In this document: positions 38,301 through 50,419 of the stretch, piece after piece
Position numbering within the stretch: the first letter of the stretch is position 1
How the letters are laid out: each line of letters begins with the position of its first letter
DNA from: Anaeramoeba ignava BMAN
Taxonomy: Eukaryota > Protista > Anaeramoebae
Reading direction: 5' to 3'
Assembly: GCA_028826165.1 (NCBI GenBank)
Contig: JAPDFW010000092.1
Coordinates: 1,054,001-1,118,000, forward strand
Length of the DNA stretch: 64,000 bases
The notes under the pieces: model-generated
The model's database searches: none
What the model was told of the DNA's origin: nothing
What the model saw: only the letters and a program-made list of their open reading frames with translations
Translations under genes and position numbers: made by a program

Positions 38301-39440
38301 TGAATTTAATTTTGAATTTAATTTTGAATTTAATTTTGAATTTAATTTATAATTTAATTTTGAATTTAATTTTTGAATTTAATTTTGAATTTAATTTTGA
38401 ATTTAATTTAATTTTGAATTTAATTTTGAATTTAATTTTGAATTTAATTTTGAATTTAATTTTGAATTTAATTTTGAATTTAATTTATAATTTAATTTTG
38501 AATTTAATTTTGAATTTAATTCTGAATTTAATTCTGAATTTAATTCTGAATTTAATTTTGAATTTAATTTTTGAATTTAATTTTGAATTTAATTTTGAAT
38601 TTAATTTATAATTTAATTTATAATTTATTTTATAATTTAATTTTGAATTTAATTTTGAATTTAATTTTGAATTTAATTTTGAATTTATTTTATAATTTAA
38701 TTTTTGAATTTAATTTTGTTACATCTTTAGCAATATTTAACGGAACTCCTTTTAAATAAACCAGATCGTTTCTATGTACTTTTTTTTCTTGTAATTTTTC
38801 AAACAGTTCTTCTTGTTTTTTTTTTTGAATTAATTTTTCATTTTCCTCATTTTTTTTATTCTTTTTATTTCTTGATTTGATTTGTTGTTGTTTTTTTTTT
38901 GTTAATTGAGCTTCTTGTTTTTTTTTTTGTCTAAATAATTTAATAAAAGAATTTTAAAAAAAATTTTTTTTTAATATAAAAAAAAATTCAAAATAAATTA
39001 TTTCTTTAAGAATAACTTTCTCATTTCTTCTTTGGCTTTTTTTATATGTTCATCATCATATTTTTTTCTACATCCAGGACAAGAATAACTACCATTTTTC
39101 AAGTCTTCCAAACAAAGTAAACACACCTTTTAATTTTAATTTTGATTTTAATTTTAATTTTAATTTTAATTTTAATTTTGATTTTAATTTTAATTTTAAA
39201 TTTAAATTTTAATATTAATATTAATTTTAATTTTAATTTTAATTTTAATTTTAATATTAATTTTAATTTTAATTTTAATTTTAATTTTAATTTTAATTTT
39301 AATTTTAATTTTAAATTTTAATTTTAATTTTAATTTTAATTTTAATTTTAATTTACTTGAAATTTGCAAACTGAGCACGGATAAAAATACTTTTCATTAT
39401 TATCAAATTTAGTATCACAAAGTGGACATTTGTTTGCCAT
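35358..39440 (-). CDS. CNOT4: CNOT4/Not4-like E3 ligase: C4C4 RING + RRM + C3H1 finger + long low-complexity tail; multi-exon
   Basis: MANKCPLCDTKF...FYPCSVCKFQ|VCLLC...CPGCRKKY (Not4-type RING), LVYLKGVP, GKFGKVIRM and IYVTFET (RRM), and IGTTKYCRQFL...CTKELCEFAHE. The last exon (to 35358) is rich in NQ/ED/NPNY repeats. Confidence 0.8.
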
Positions 39441-39747
39441 TTAAAATTTAATAAAAAAAGGAAATTTGAATTTAAAGGAAAAAATGAAAAATGAAAAATG
39501 AAAAAAAAAAAATTAAAAAAATTTTGTTTTTTTTTTTTAAAAACTAAAACAATTTAAAATTAAAAAATAAAATTAAAAAATAATCTCTTAATTTGATTTT
39601 AATCAATTTCTTTTATTTTTTTTAACTTCAAAAATTAAAAATTAAAAATTAAAAATTAAAAATTAAAATTTTTTTTTTTCTTTCAAAATTATTTTTTTTC
39701 TTTCACACTCTCTTTTTAAGTTAAGATTAATTCCCTTTAATTTTAAA

Positions 39748-42700
39748 ATGATCCATTCAAAAACGAAACAAAACAAAACAAACAAGAACAACAATCAATT
39801 TTCAATAAGTGAAAATACAATAGGTTCAATAGTTACACAATCCAAAAATGAAAAAAATGAAAACTCACAAACAAATTTGCAAATTTACCAACAAAATAAT
39901 ATGGATATTGATATAAATGAATTCAAACTTCCAAATGAATGGCTTTCTCTTTTTCCGAAACCTCAATATAAACCAGAAATTTACTCTTCTCTTATTCATC
40001 CTGTTGATAATAATTTAAAAAATGACAAAAATAAAATTTCAATCATTCAGTCTCAAATTTCTCCTTTTAATAATATTCCTCTTTTGTTTCATGAATCTGA
40101 AAATAGTTTCTTTATTCAAGATGATGATAATGAAAATATTAATGAAAATATTAATGAAAATATTAATCAAAATATTAATCAAAATATTAATGAAAATATT
40201 AATAAAAATATTAATCCAAATATTAATGAAAATATTAATAAAAATATTAATAAAAATATTAATGGAAATATTAATGAAAATATTAATGAAAATATTAATG
40301 AAAATATTAAAATATTAATGAAAATATTAATCCAAATATTAATCCAAATATTAATCCAAATATTAATGAAAATATTAATCAAAATATTAATGAAAATATT
40401 AATCAAAATATTAATCCAAATATTAATGAAAATATTAATGGAAATATTAATGAAAATATTAATCCAAATAAAAATATTAAAATATTAATCCAAATAATGA
40501 AAATATTAATAAAAATATTAATCAAATATTAATGAAAATATTAATGAAATATTAATGAAAAATAATGTTAATGGAAATATTAATGAAAATATTAATGAAA
40601 ATATTAATCCAAATATTAATGAAAATATTAATGAAAATATTAATGAAATATATAATCCAAAATTAATGAAAATATTAATCCAAATATTAATGAAAATATT
40701 AATGGAAATATTAATGAAAATATTAATCCAAATATTAAAAATATTAATGAAAATATTAATGAAAATATTAATCCAAATATTAATGAAAAATATTAATGAA
40801 AATATTAATGAAAATATTAATAAAAATATTAATGAAAATATTAATAAAAATATTAATAAAAATATTAATGAAAATATTAATCAAAATATTAATGAAAATA
40901 TTAATAAAAATATTAATAAAAATATTAATAAAAATATTAATGAAAATATTAATGAAAATATTAATGAAAATATTAATGAAAATAATCCAAATATTAATGA
41001 AAATATTAATAAAAATATTAATGAAAATATTAATAAAAATATTAATGAAAATATTAATGAAAATATTAATGAAAATATTAATCAAAATATTAATGAAAAT
41101 ATTAATAAAAATATTAATGAAAATATTAATGAAAATATTAATGAAAATATTAATCAAAATATTAATGAAAATATTAATGAAAATATTAATCCAAATATTA
41201 ATCCAAATATTAATGAAAATATTAATGAAAATATTAATAAAAATATTAATGAAAATATTAATGAAAATATTAATGAAAATATTAATGAAAATATTAATGA
41301 GGATATTAATGAAAAGATCTAAAAGATGATTTAAATCCAAAAGACTTAAATGAAAATCTAAAAATGATTTAAACAAATCTAGAAAAAATAAAGAAAAAGA
41401 AATGAAAATTCAACACTTTGGCTCATCTAAAAAACTCCCAAAATTAAATATTCCAAGAAGATTAACAATTTCATTTTTTAAACAGAAAAGTATTAAACAA
41501 TCCAAACTCTTACCTTTATATTTTGCTCAAGATAATGATATTGCAATTTTTGAACACAATAAAAACTCTCGAATTCAAGAAAAATATCCAAATGTTGACA
41601 CTTTAAATACAGAATTTGTTTTTCATTTAATCAAAGATGAAACGAACTTTATAAAATTATTAAAAAAATTTATTGAAGTAAGTATTCTTTTTACAAAAAA
41701 TTTAATTCAATTCCACTCTATTTTATTTGATAGGATTTTATTGAAAAACTTGAATCAAAAGAGGTTATATCCAAAAATATCCAAAGTTTATTGTTTGAAA
41801 ATATAAAAGAACTTTATGAAAATCAAACAAAATTTATTCAAAAACTTCATCTAGAAGCCAAAAAAAGACTTCCAAATATGATCTATCTTTGTTTCCAAGA
41901 TTTCAATTTTATTCCATTTAAAAGATATATCCAAAAATTTGAAGTTATTTTATATTTATTTGAAGATTTATGCAAAACAGATGAGCATTTTTCACAAATT
42001 TGCAAAGATTTGGAAAAAGAAATGAGAGAAAAACTCAATTTGCTTCTATTTTGTCCATTTCAAAGAATTGACCAGTATTATTTGACTATCTACAAGTTTT
42101 TATCAAATCTTGATCCCAAATCGGATATTTACTCAATTTCTTATCCTATTTTCCAAGAAATCTTGGAAATATCTGAAGAGCCTAATTTTCATCCCTATCT
42201 TTATTTGTTTGAACATCAAAATGAATTGGGTTATATACAGCACCAAATCGAAGGGTTTGAAAGATTTTGAGTTGGAAAATCCGCGCAGATATCTCCATCG
42301 AATTGGGAATTTCCAACGTGATTATGAGGAATAAAACTTATCCAGGAAAATACTATATATTCAATGATATGATGATTGTTGCCAAAGTTTCCAAATCAAA
42401 ACAAATTCCAAAATTCGATCATCTGTTCAAATACCAAGAAATACAACTTAGAAAACTAATGGATGACGAGAATATTGGGATCAAGAACGGAATTGAAATT
42501 ATTTTTTCGGAAACGGCTGATTTATACATTTGCTTATTTTCAACATCGGAAGAAAAAAACACAATTTGGAAAGAATTGACAGTTGATTTCAATGTGAAAA
42601 TTGATGAGACATCACTTTCTGAAGAAAAACTACAGCAAATGATGAAGAGAAGAGTGACCTTAAAGAAATATGAGAATCCCAATTCAACAGATATTGATGA

Positions 42701-43718
42701 TTTCCCAATTCCAGAATCTACCGATGAAGAAATGAGAGGAAATATCATTCTGGAAATTATTCAAACAGAAGAAGACTATCTATCAAGTCTCAATATCATC
42801 ATTCAATACTACAAAAAACCACTGATTCAGAAAAAAATCATTTCCTCAGAAGATTCAACAGAAATATTCAAACAAGTCGAAACCATTTTCGGAGTGAATA
42901 AACAACTTCTGGAACTATTAAGAAAAGATATGCCAATAAATCCAAACGAAATTTCGGATCTGAAAATAGGGAATATTTTCCTTCAAGTTGCTGATTTCCT
43001 CAAGCTTTATATCGATTATTGTTCCAATTACACCTTTTCAATGAAAAGGCTCAACAAATACACATCAAACTCAAAGTACAAAAATTTCATCTCCAACACA
43101 CGCAAAACAGTGCCAGAATGCAAGGGTCTTGATTTACTAGATTTACTAATCAAGCCAATTCAAAGAATATGCCGTTATCCTTTGTTGTTTGAAAAACTGC
43201 TCAAATCAACAGCAAAGGATCATCCTGATTTTCCCGAAATGAGAAAAACTTATTCAAAATTAAATGAGATTGCAAAAAAAGTCGACCAAAGAAAAAAAGC
43301 GGCTGAATCAGCAAAAATTTTAGTTGACATCACATCCAAAATCATTGGAATGAAAAGGAAATTTCCACTTTTAGAACCTTCAAATCCAAGGATTTTGATT
43401 AAAGAAGGTTTTATGAACAAAAAATCAGTTAAAAAAATTCAAGAAAGATATTTTTGGCTTTTTAATGATGTTTTGATTTATGCACAAGCTGTTATCAGAA
43501 ACCACAAGTACATTTACAAAGGTCGTTTATTTCTTGCTGGTGCTTTTGTTCGTGATTTATCTTCGACAAATCATACTTTCCATATGATTCCTTATGGAAG
43601 TAAAAAAAGTTATATTTTTTATTGCAATTCTGAAGATGAAAAATTAAGTTGGATTAATCAAATTAAAAATCAAATTTTGGATTTGGAATCTAATGGAGTT
43701 CTTCCAAGAATCAAATGA
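39748..43718 (+). CDS. RhoGEF with tandem DH-PH, DH-PH domains and an N-terminal (NINE)n tract; one intron (~41678-41733) and frameshifts
   Basis: First DH: FHLIKDETNFIKLL...LLLFCPFQRIDQY. First PH: YYIFNDMMIVAK. Second DH: ILEIIQTEEDYLSSL...LLIKPIQRICRYPLLFEKLLKST. Second PH: RILIKEG...ERYFWLFNDVLIYA...EKLSWINQI. Confidence 0.85.
40128..41315 (+). repeat. 12-bp coding repeat (AATATTAATGAA and variants) encoding NINE/NINK/NINP/NINQ
   Basis: Directly visible; indels at ~40310-40790 break the frame. Confidence 0.9.
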
Positions 43719-44064
43719 TTTAAAATTTTGATTTTTTTGTTTCAAAAACAAATCTAAAATTATTTTCCAGATTTGAACAGAATTCTTTATTATTAAATTT
43801 TTATTTTTATTTATCTTTATCTTTTTTATTAAAAAAGTTTTCAATTTGAAAAATCAAACAAACAAAAATCAAAATCAAAATCAAAATAAAAATCAAAACA
43901 AAAACCAAAATAAAAATCAAAACAAAAACCAAAAAAATAATGGAATTTGTTTTTATTATTTCTGCTTTTCTTTTTGTTTTCAACAAGTTAAATTTTTTAG
44001 TTCCTAAAAAAGGTGAAAAACTTAAAATTAAAATTCAAAATTAAAATTAAAATTAAACTTCAAC

Positions 44065-46948
44065 TTACTCATTATTCATTAATTTCCATTTTACTTCTTC
44101 ATTTTTATTTGGAACTTGTGGACCCATAACAATAGATTGAGTAATTGAAGGCAAAAGTTCAGGAATAAAATAAGCAAAAAACAAAAAAAACTTTTTTAAA
44201 AATTAAATTTAAAAATTAAATTTAAAAATAAGTCTTTTGCTTTTTGTTTTCTTTTTGTTTTTACCCAAGAATTCATATTTTTATCAGTAATTGGATGATA
44301 AACAAACATTATAAATTTTAATAAAAAACAAATGGAAACAAATAAAGTAACAAAAAAAGATTTGATTAAAAACTTCTTTCGATTTGCAATTAATCCAACA
44401 ATAATCTAAAAATGAAAATAATCAAAATGAGGAAAAAAAAATTTTTTTTGTGAATTTTTGTTAAAAAAAAATTTTTTTTTCTGAGAACTTTTAATTTTCG
44501 AATTAAAATTAATCCATAAACTAAAAAGGAAATTGAAACGACAAGAAAAGCAGCAGCAACAATTATTGAATTAATTTGATAAAATCCATTAGAATATTCA
44601 GGTTTTTCGACATCAGTTGCAAAAATGATGATCGAAATGATTGCAAATAAATAAAATATTGCATTTGTAATTAATAATGGAATTTTTAAAGATTTTGGAG
44701 TTTTTTCGTGATATTGGATTCCGTTTGAAATTTTTGCCCTAAATATAAAGATAAATATAAAGATATATATATAAAATATATAAATATAAAAATATATAAA
44801 TATAAGAAATTTAAATTAAAAACCAAAAGAAAAGAAGTAAAGTGAAAGAGGTGAAAAATGAAAGATAAGCTATTCTTTTAACAATAAATATTAAGAGGAT
44901 TTTTTTGTTTGCTGAGTATGAAATACAAGAAACAGCAATTCTAGCTTTATAATTTTTAATTTGAATTTAAAAAATTGATTTATAATTGATATAAAATTAA
45001 TATAAAATTGATATAAAATTGATTTAAATTTAATATAAAATTAATATAAAATTGATTTAAAATTGATTTAAAATTAATATAAAATTAATATAAAATTGAT
45101 ATAAAATTGATATAAAATTGATATAAAATTGATTTAAAATTGATTTAAAATTGATTTGAATTTGATATAAAATTGATATAAAATTGATATAAAATTGATA
45201 TAAAATTGATATAAATTGATTTAAAATTGATATAAAATTAATATAAAATTGATTTAAAATTGATATAAAATTGATTTAAAATTGATATAAAATTGATATA
45301 AAATTGATTTAAAATTGATATAAAATTGATTTAAAATTGATATAAAATTGATTTAAAATTAATATAAAATTGATTTAAAATTAATATAAAATTGATTTAA
45401 AATTGATATAAAATTGATTTAAAATTGATTTGAAATTGATTTAAAATTGATTTAAAATTGATTTAAAATTAATTTAAAATTGATTTAAAATTGATATAAA
45501 ATTAATATAAAATTGATTTAAAATTGATTTAAAATTGATATAAATTTGATATAAAATTGATTTAAAATTGATTTAAAATTGATTTAAAATTGATTTAAAA
45601 TTGATTTAAAATTAATATAAAATTGATTTAAAATTGATTTAAAATTAATATAAAATTGATTTAAATTTGATTTAAAATTGATATAAAATTGATATAAAAT
45701 TGATTTAAAATTGATTTAAAATTGATATAAAATTGATTTAAAATTGATATAAAATTGATTTAAAATTGATTTAAAATTGATTTAAAATTGATTTAAAATT
45801 GATTTAAAATTGATTTAAAATTGATTTAAAATTGATTTAAAATTGATTTAAAATTGATTTATAATTAATATAAAATTGATTTAAAATTGATTTAAAATTG
45901 ATATAAAATTGATTTAAAATTAATATAAAATTGATTTAAAATTGATTTAAAATTGATTTAAAATTAATATAAAATTGATTTAAAATTGATTTAAAATTGA
46001 TTTAAAATTGATTTAAAATTGATTTAATTTTGATATAAAATTGATTTAAAATTGATATAAAATTGATATAAAATTGATTTAATTTTGATATAAAATTGAT
46101 TTAAAATTGATATAAAATTGATTTAAAATTGATATAAAATTGATTTAAAATTGATATAAAATTGATATAAAATTGATATAAAATTGATTTAAAATTGATT
46201 TAAAATTGATTTAAAATTGATTTAAAATTGATTTAAAATTGATTTAAAATTAATATAAAATTGATTTAAAATTGATTTAAAATTGATTTATAATTAATAT
46301 AAAATTGATTTAAAATTGATTTAAAATTGATATAAAATTGATTTAATTTTTGATATAAAATTGATATAAAATTGATTTAAAATTGATTTAAAATTGATTT
46401 AAAATTGATTTAAAATTGATTTAAAATTGATATAAAATTAATATAAAATTGATTTAAAATTAATATAAAATTGATTTAAAATTAATATAAAATTGATTTA
46501 AAATTGATATAAAATTAATATAAAATTGATATAAAATTAATATAAAATTGATTTAATTTTGATATAAAATTGATATAAAATTGATATAAAATTGATTTAA
46601 AATTGATATAAAATTGATTTAAATTTGATATAAAAATTGATTTAAAATTTGATTTAAATTTGATTTGAAATTGATTTAAAATTGAAACAAACCAACTGCA
46701 AAAATAAGCATTAAACCATGAAATTGTATTTGTAAATCATAAAAGAGTTGAAAATCTTTAAATAAAACCAATCGAAAAACTTGAACCTGAATGGAAAAAT
46801 AAATAAACAATAAATTTAATTAAAAGTGAAAAATTTATTTGGTTTTTTTCTTTGTTTTTATTTTTTGTTTTTAATTTGGATTTACAGTTAAAAAAATCAA
46901 AAGAAGACTGTAAAAAATAACTTCAACAATAAATTGATCTACTTCCAT
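44065..46948 (-). CDS. Multi-pass membrane protein, THH1/TOM1/GPR137-like; ~6 exons, missed by the ORF track
   Basis: Spliced reading MEVDQFIVEVIFYSLLLIFLT|VQVFRLVLF...IQFHGLMLIFAV|ARIAV...LSFFTSFTLLLFFW|AKIS...FLVYGLIL...|...YFIPELLPS. It matches TOM1-family motifs FFSTYTLLVLFW and EILPS. The 3' end is uncertain (44065 or 43997). Confidence 0.7.
44970..46685. repeat. Intronic 11-bp minisatellite (AAAATTGATTT / AAAATTGATAT / AAAATTAATAT), ~1.7 kb
   Basis: Fills the intron between 46692 and 44945. Confidence 0.92.
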
Positions 46949-47056
46949 TTAAAAGAAAAAGCAAAAAAGAAAAAAAGAAAAAAAGAAGAAAAAATGAAAT
47001 TAAAAAAAAATTATTTTTATATTTTTTTTCATTTTTTTTCATTCCATTTTTTGAAT

Positions 47057-47943
47057 ATGGATGATCGACTTGTGATTGTAGGACCAACTTTAGCATCTCT
47101 TTTCTACGATATTTCACGATCCGAAAGTGATATTAAAGGACTTTTTTTTGGAAAATTAAAAGAAAGCATAATTGTATCAATAGAAGATACACATGAGGAA
47201 CATGAGCGAATAGTAACTACCACAGGTAAAAACCACAACATAAAAACGAGAGAGGAAAAGAAGATCTAATAATATATAATTTAATGCAAATATTCCTAGT
47301 TATTCAAAGTTTTGTAGTTTTAGAAGAAAAACAAATGGACAAAAAAATGATGATTGAAAATTCAAAATTAAATAAAGAAATGATAAATGAGATTATTCAA
47401 AAGAGACAAAGAAATCAACAAAGCTTACTTGGTTGGTTCGCTTTTCGCAGGAATACGCCTTTAAGACCATCAGTAAAAGAGATATATATTCATCGCGAAA
47501 TGAACAACTTTTTCCAAGAGAAAAAAATGAAATTTTCACCAATTTTTGCAGTTATGAATGAATATTTAAGCTCAACTTATGCAACTGATTTCTTTGATTA
47601 TCGATTTTTTAAATTTGATTTTTCAAGTGAAAATTATTTTCCAATTAAATTGGAAATTATTAACTTAAAAGATACTACAAGTGAAGAATATTCACAATTT
47701 TCTTCAAGTATTCCTTCTGTTGGTCTTTCTCAAAATCATTCTTATAATAAGATTGCTCAGAAATTTAGTAAAAATGGTCTTGATTCTTTTATTCAATCAG
47801 TTCCTCCTGATTTTACTAAAAATATTGAGAATTTTTTTGATGAAACTTCTAAAAAAATGAATGAACTTGTGAATCAATATGATTTAAAAGTTGCTCAAAT
47901 TGAAGAAATTGAAAAGCAAATTAATCTTTTAAAACAGAATTAA
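47057..47943 (+). CDS. Abraxas/ABRO1 (FAM175)-like MPN- domain protein; intron 47226-47300
   Basis: IVGPTLASLFY...SDIKGLFFG...SIEDT, VIQSFV, LLGWFAFRRNTPLRPSVKE, and a C-terminal coiled coil. Confidence 0.75.
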
Positions 47944-48424
47944 AACAATGAAAAAGGATTTTTTTTTTCTTAATTTTTTATTTTTTCATTAAATTTCTGA
48001 ATTATTTTAATTTTGATTTTAATTGATTTAAATTTTGATTTAAATTGATTTTGATTTTAATTGATTTTGATTTTAATTTAAATTGATTTTAATTTTGATT
48101 TAAATTGATTTTGATTTTGATTTTGATTTTGATTTTGAAATTGATTTTGATTTAAATTGAATTTTGATTTTGATTTTAATTTTGATTTTGATTTAAATTG
48201 ATTTTGATTTTAATTTTAAATTGATTTTGATTTTAATTTTAAAATTGATTTTGATTTAAATTGATTTTGATTTTGATTTAATTTTAATTTTAATTTTAAT
48301 TTTAATTTTAAATTGATTTAAATTGAATTTGATTTTGATTTTAATTTTGATTTAAATTGATTTTGATTTAATTTTAATTTAAATTAAAATTGAAATTGAT
48401 TTTGATTTAAATTGATTTTCAAAT

Positions 48425-49744
48425 TTAAATCACTTGACGTCCTTTAACAAAAACTTTTAAAATATTCCTATCATCACCAGAAAACAAGAATTTCTGGAAA
48501 ATCTCAATATCATCATCATCATCAAAAACATGAAAATTAGCAGAAGAAACAAAAGGAGAAACAATACAAGCATCAAAATCTTTACCAACATCAAAATTCC
48601 CAGTTTTGGAATCCAAACCAAGAGCACTTGCACCACCCAAAGTAGCAAAATAAAAGGCATCTTGGTAGCTAAGCTCGTCATCAGGGTTCTTGGTATTAAA
48701 CATAGTTGCTTTTGATGCGATAATTGCTTGGCGAATGCAGTCCATCATTGAAGGAGAATAACCTCCAGAAACATCAGTTCCAAATCCAACTTTGATTCCA
48801 TTTCTTAATAACTTCTTTAAATGAAGAACACCACTTGATAAAGAAAAGTTTGAATTCGGACAATGCGCAACTGCCGCATTTCGCTGCTTGAAAAGTTCGA
48901 TTTCTTTGTCCGTTAAGTATATTCCATGAGCCATAATTGTCCGATTGTTGAGCAATCCATATTTGTCATAAACGGCCGCATAACCGTCTTCATCAGGATG
49001 AAGTGATTTCACCCATTCAACCTCATTCACATTTTCGGAGATGTGAGATTGGATCGCAATGTTGTATTTTGCTGCGAGTTCTCCGAGTCCCTTCATCATC
49101 TGTGGTGAGCAAGTCGGAACAAATCTTGGTGTCACAATTGGTTCAACTAAGTCATTTTTTTTTTCTTTAACATACTTGATAAATTCCTCGTTTTGATCCA
49201 GAGAATCTTGTGTTTTTTCGACGTAGAAATCAGGAGAATTGCGATCCATTGAGACTTTCCCTATCAAAGCTCGTTGTCCTTTTTGGATCACCAAATCACT
49301 GAATATTTTGCTAGCTGTCAAATGTATAGTTGCAAAATAGCATGCTGTCGTGGTTCCGTTTTTGAGTGTTTGGTCAATGACCTTGCCGTAGACATTCTTC
49401 GCAAGGTCTTCGTTTGAGAACTTTGATTCTGTTGGGAAAGTGTATTTCTCAAGCCATTTTAATAACGGTAAATCAAGTCCTGTTCCCATAAACTTATATT
49501 GAGGTCCGTGTATATGAGTGTCTACAAATCCTGGGATGAGAAAGTTCCGTTCTAGATCATCGATTTGTTCTTTTTGAACGTTGTACTTTGCTGTTATATT
49601 CCCGAGTTCTTCTTCTTTTTCTCGAAATAGGATTTTTCCTTCTGTACTGATTCCTAATATTCCTTTTAATAATCTAAATGTCCCGTTTTTTGAACTATCT
49701 ATTATTGTTCCTTTGTAGATTTTTTGTAATTGATTTGTTGACAT
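48425..49744 (-). CDS. GDA: Guanine deaminase (439 aa, intronless)
   Basis: PGFVDTHIH, LPLLKWLEKYTFPTESKF, LKNGTTTACYFATIH, VTPRFVPTCS, QSHISEN, AHCPNSNFSLSSG, GTDVSGG and GDDRNI. Confidence 0.96.
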   Translation of the reverse strand: MSTNQLQKIYKGTIIDSSKNGTFRLLKGILGISTEGKILFREKEEELGNITAKYNVQKEQIDDLERNFLIPGFVDTHIHGPQYKFMGTGLDLPLLKWLEKYTFPTESKFSNEDLAKNVYGKVIDQTLKNGTTTACYFATIHLTASKIFSDLVIQKGQRALIGKVSMDRNSPDFYVEKTQDSLDQNEEFIKYVKEKKNDLVEPIVTPRFVPTCSPQMMKGLGELAAKYNIAIQSHISENVNEVEWVKSLHPDEDGYAAVYDKYGLLNNRTIMAHGIYLTDKEIELFKQRNAAVAHCPNSNFSLSSGVLHLKKLLRNGIKVGFGTDVSGGYSPSMMDCIRQAIIASKATMFNTKNPDDELSYQDAFYFATLGGASALGLDSKTGNFDVGKDFDACIVSPFVSSANFHVFDDDDDIEIFQKFLFSGDDRNILKVFVKGRQVI

Positions 49745-50419
49745 TTCAATTCAAACTTCAAAAAACAAAAAAAATGAAAAAAAAAATGAAAAATTGAAAA
49801 GCAAAAAAAAAAATGAAAAGCGAAAAATTAAATCTAAAATTAAAATTAAAATTAAAATTAAAATTAAAATTAAAAATTAAAATTAAAATTAAAATTAAAA
49901 TTAAAATTAAAATTAAAATTAAAATTAAAATTAAAATTAAAATTAAAATTAAAATTAAATTTAAAATTAAAATTAAAATTAAAATTAAAATTAAAAATTA
50001 ATTTATAAAATTAAAATTAAAATTAAAATCAAAATCAAAATCAAAATCAAAATTAAAATTAAAATTAAAATTAAAATTAAAATTAAAATTAAAATTTAAA
50101 ATTAAAATTTAAAATTAAAATTAAAATTAAAATTAAAATTAAAATTTAAAATTAAAATTAAAATTAAAATTAAGATTAAAATTAAAATTAAAATTAAAAT
50201 TAAAATTAAAATTAAAATTAAATTTAAAATTAAAATTAAAATTAAAAATTAAAATTAAAATTAAAATTAAAATTAAATCTAAAATTAAAATTAAAATTAA
50301 AATTAAAATTAAAATTAAAATTAAAATCAAAATTAAAATCAAAATCAAGTTTATTCCAAAAAAAAAAGTAAAAAAAAAGAAAAAAAGAAAAGAAAAGAAA
50401 AGAAAAGAAAGTGAAAAAA

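Noticed and set aside
44970-46685. Telomeric or centromeric array
   Set aside because: It lies inside a GT-AG intron whose flanking exons join in frame, and it is not G-rich
48425-49744. Recent bacterial transfer of the intronless, relatively GC-richer guanine deaminase
   Set aside because: A similar GC rise occurs inside other long exons (SMC1, RhoGEF, LTN1) and the motifs fit eukaryotic GDA; only a phylogeny could support transfer
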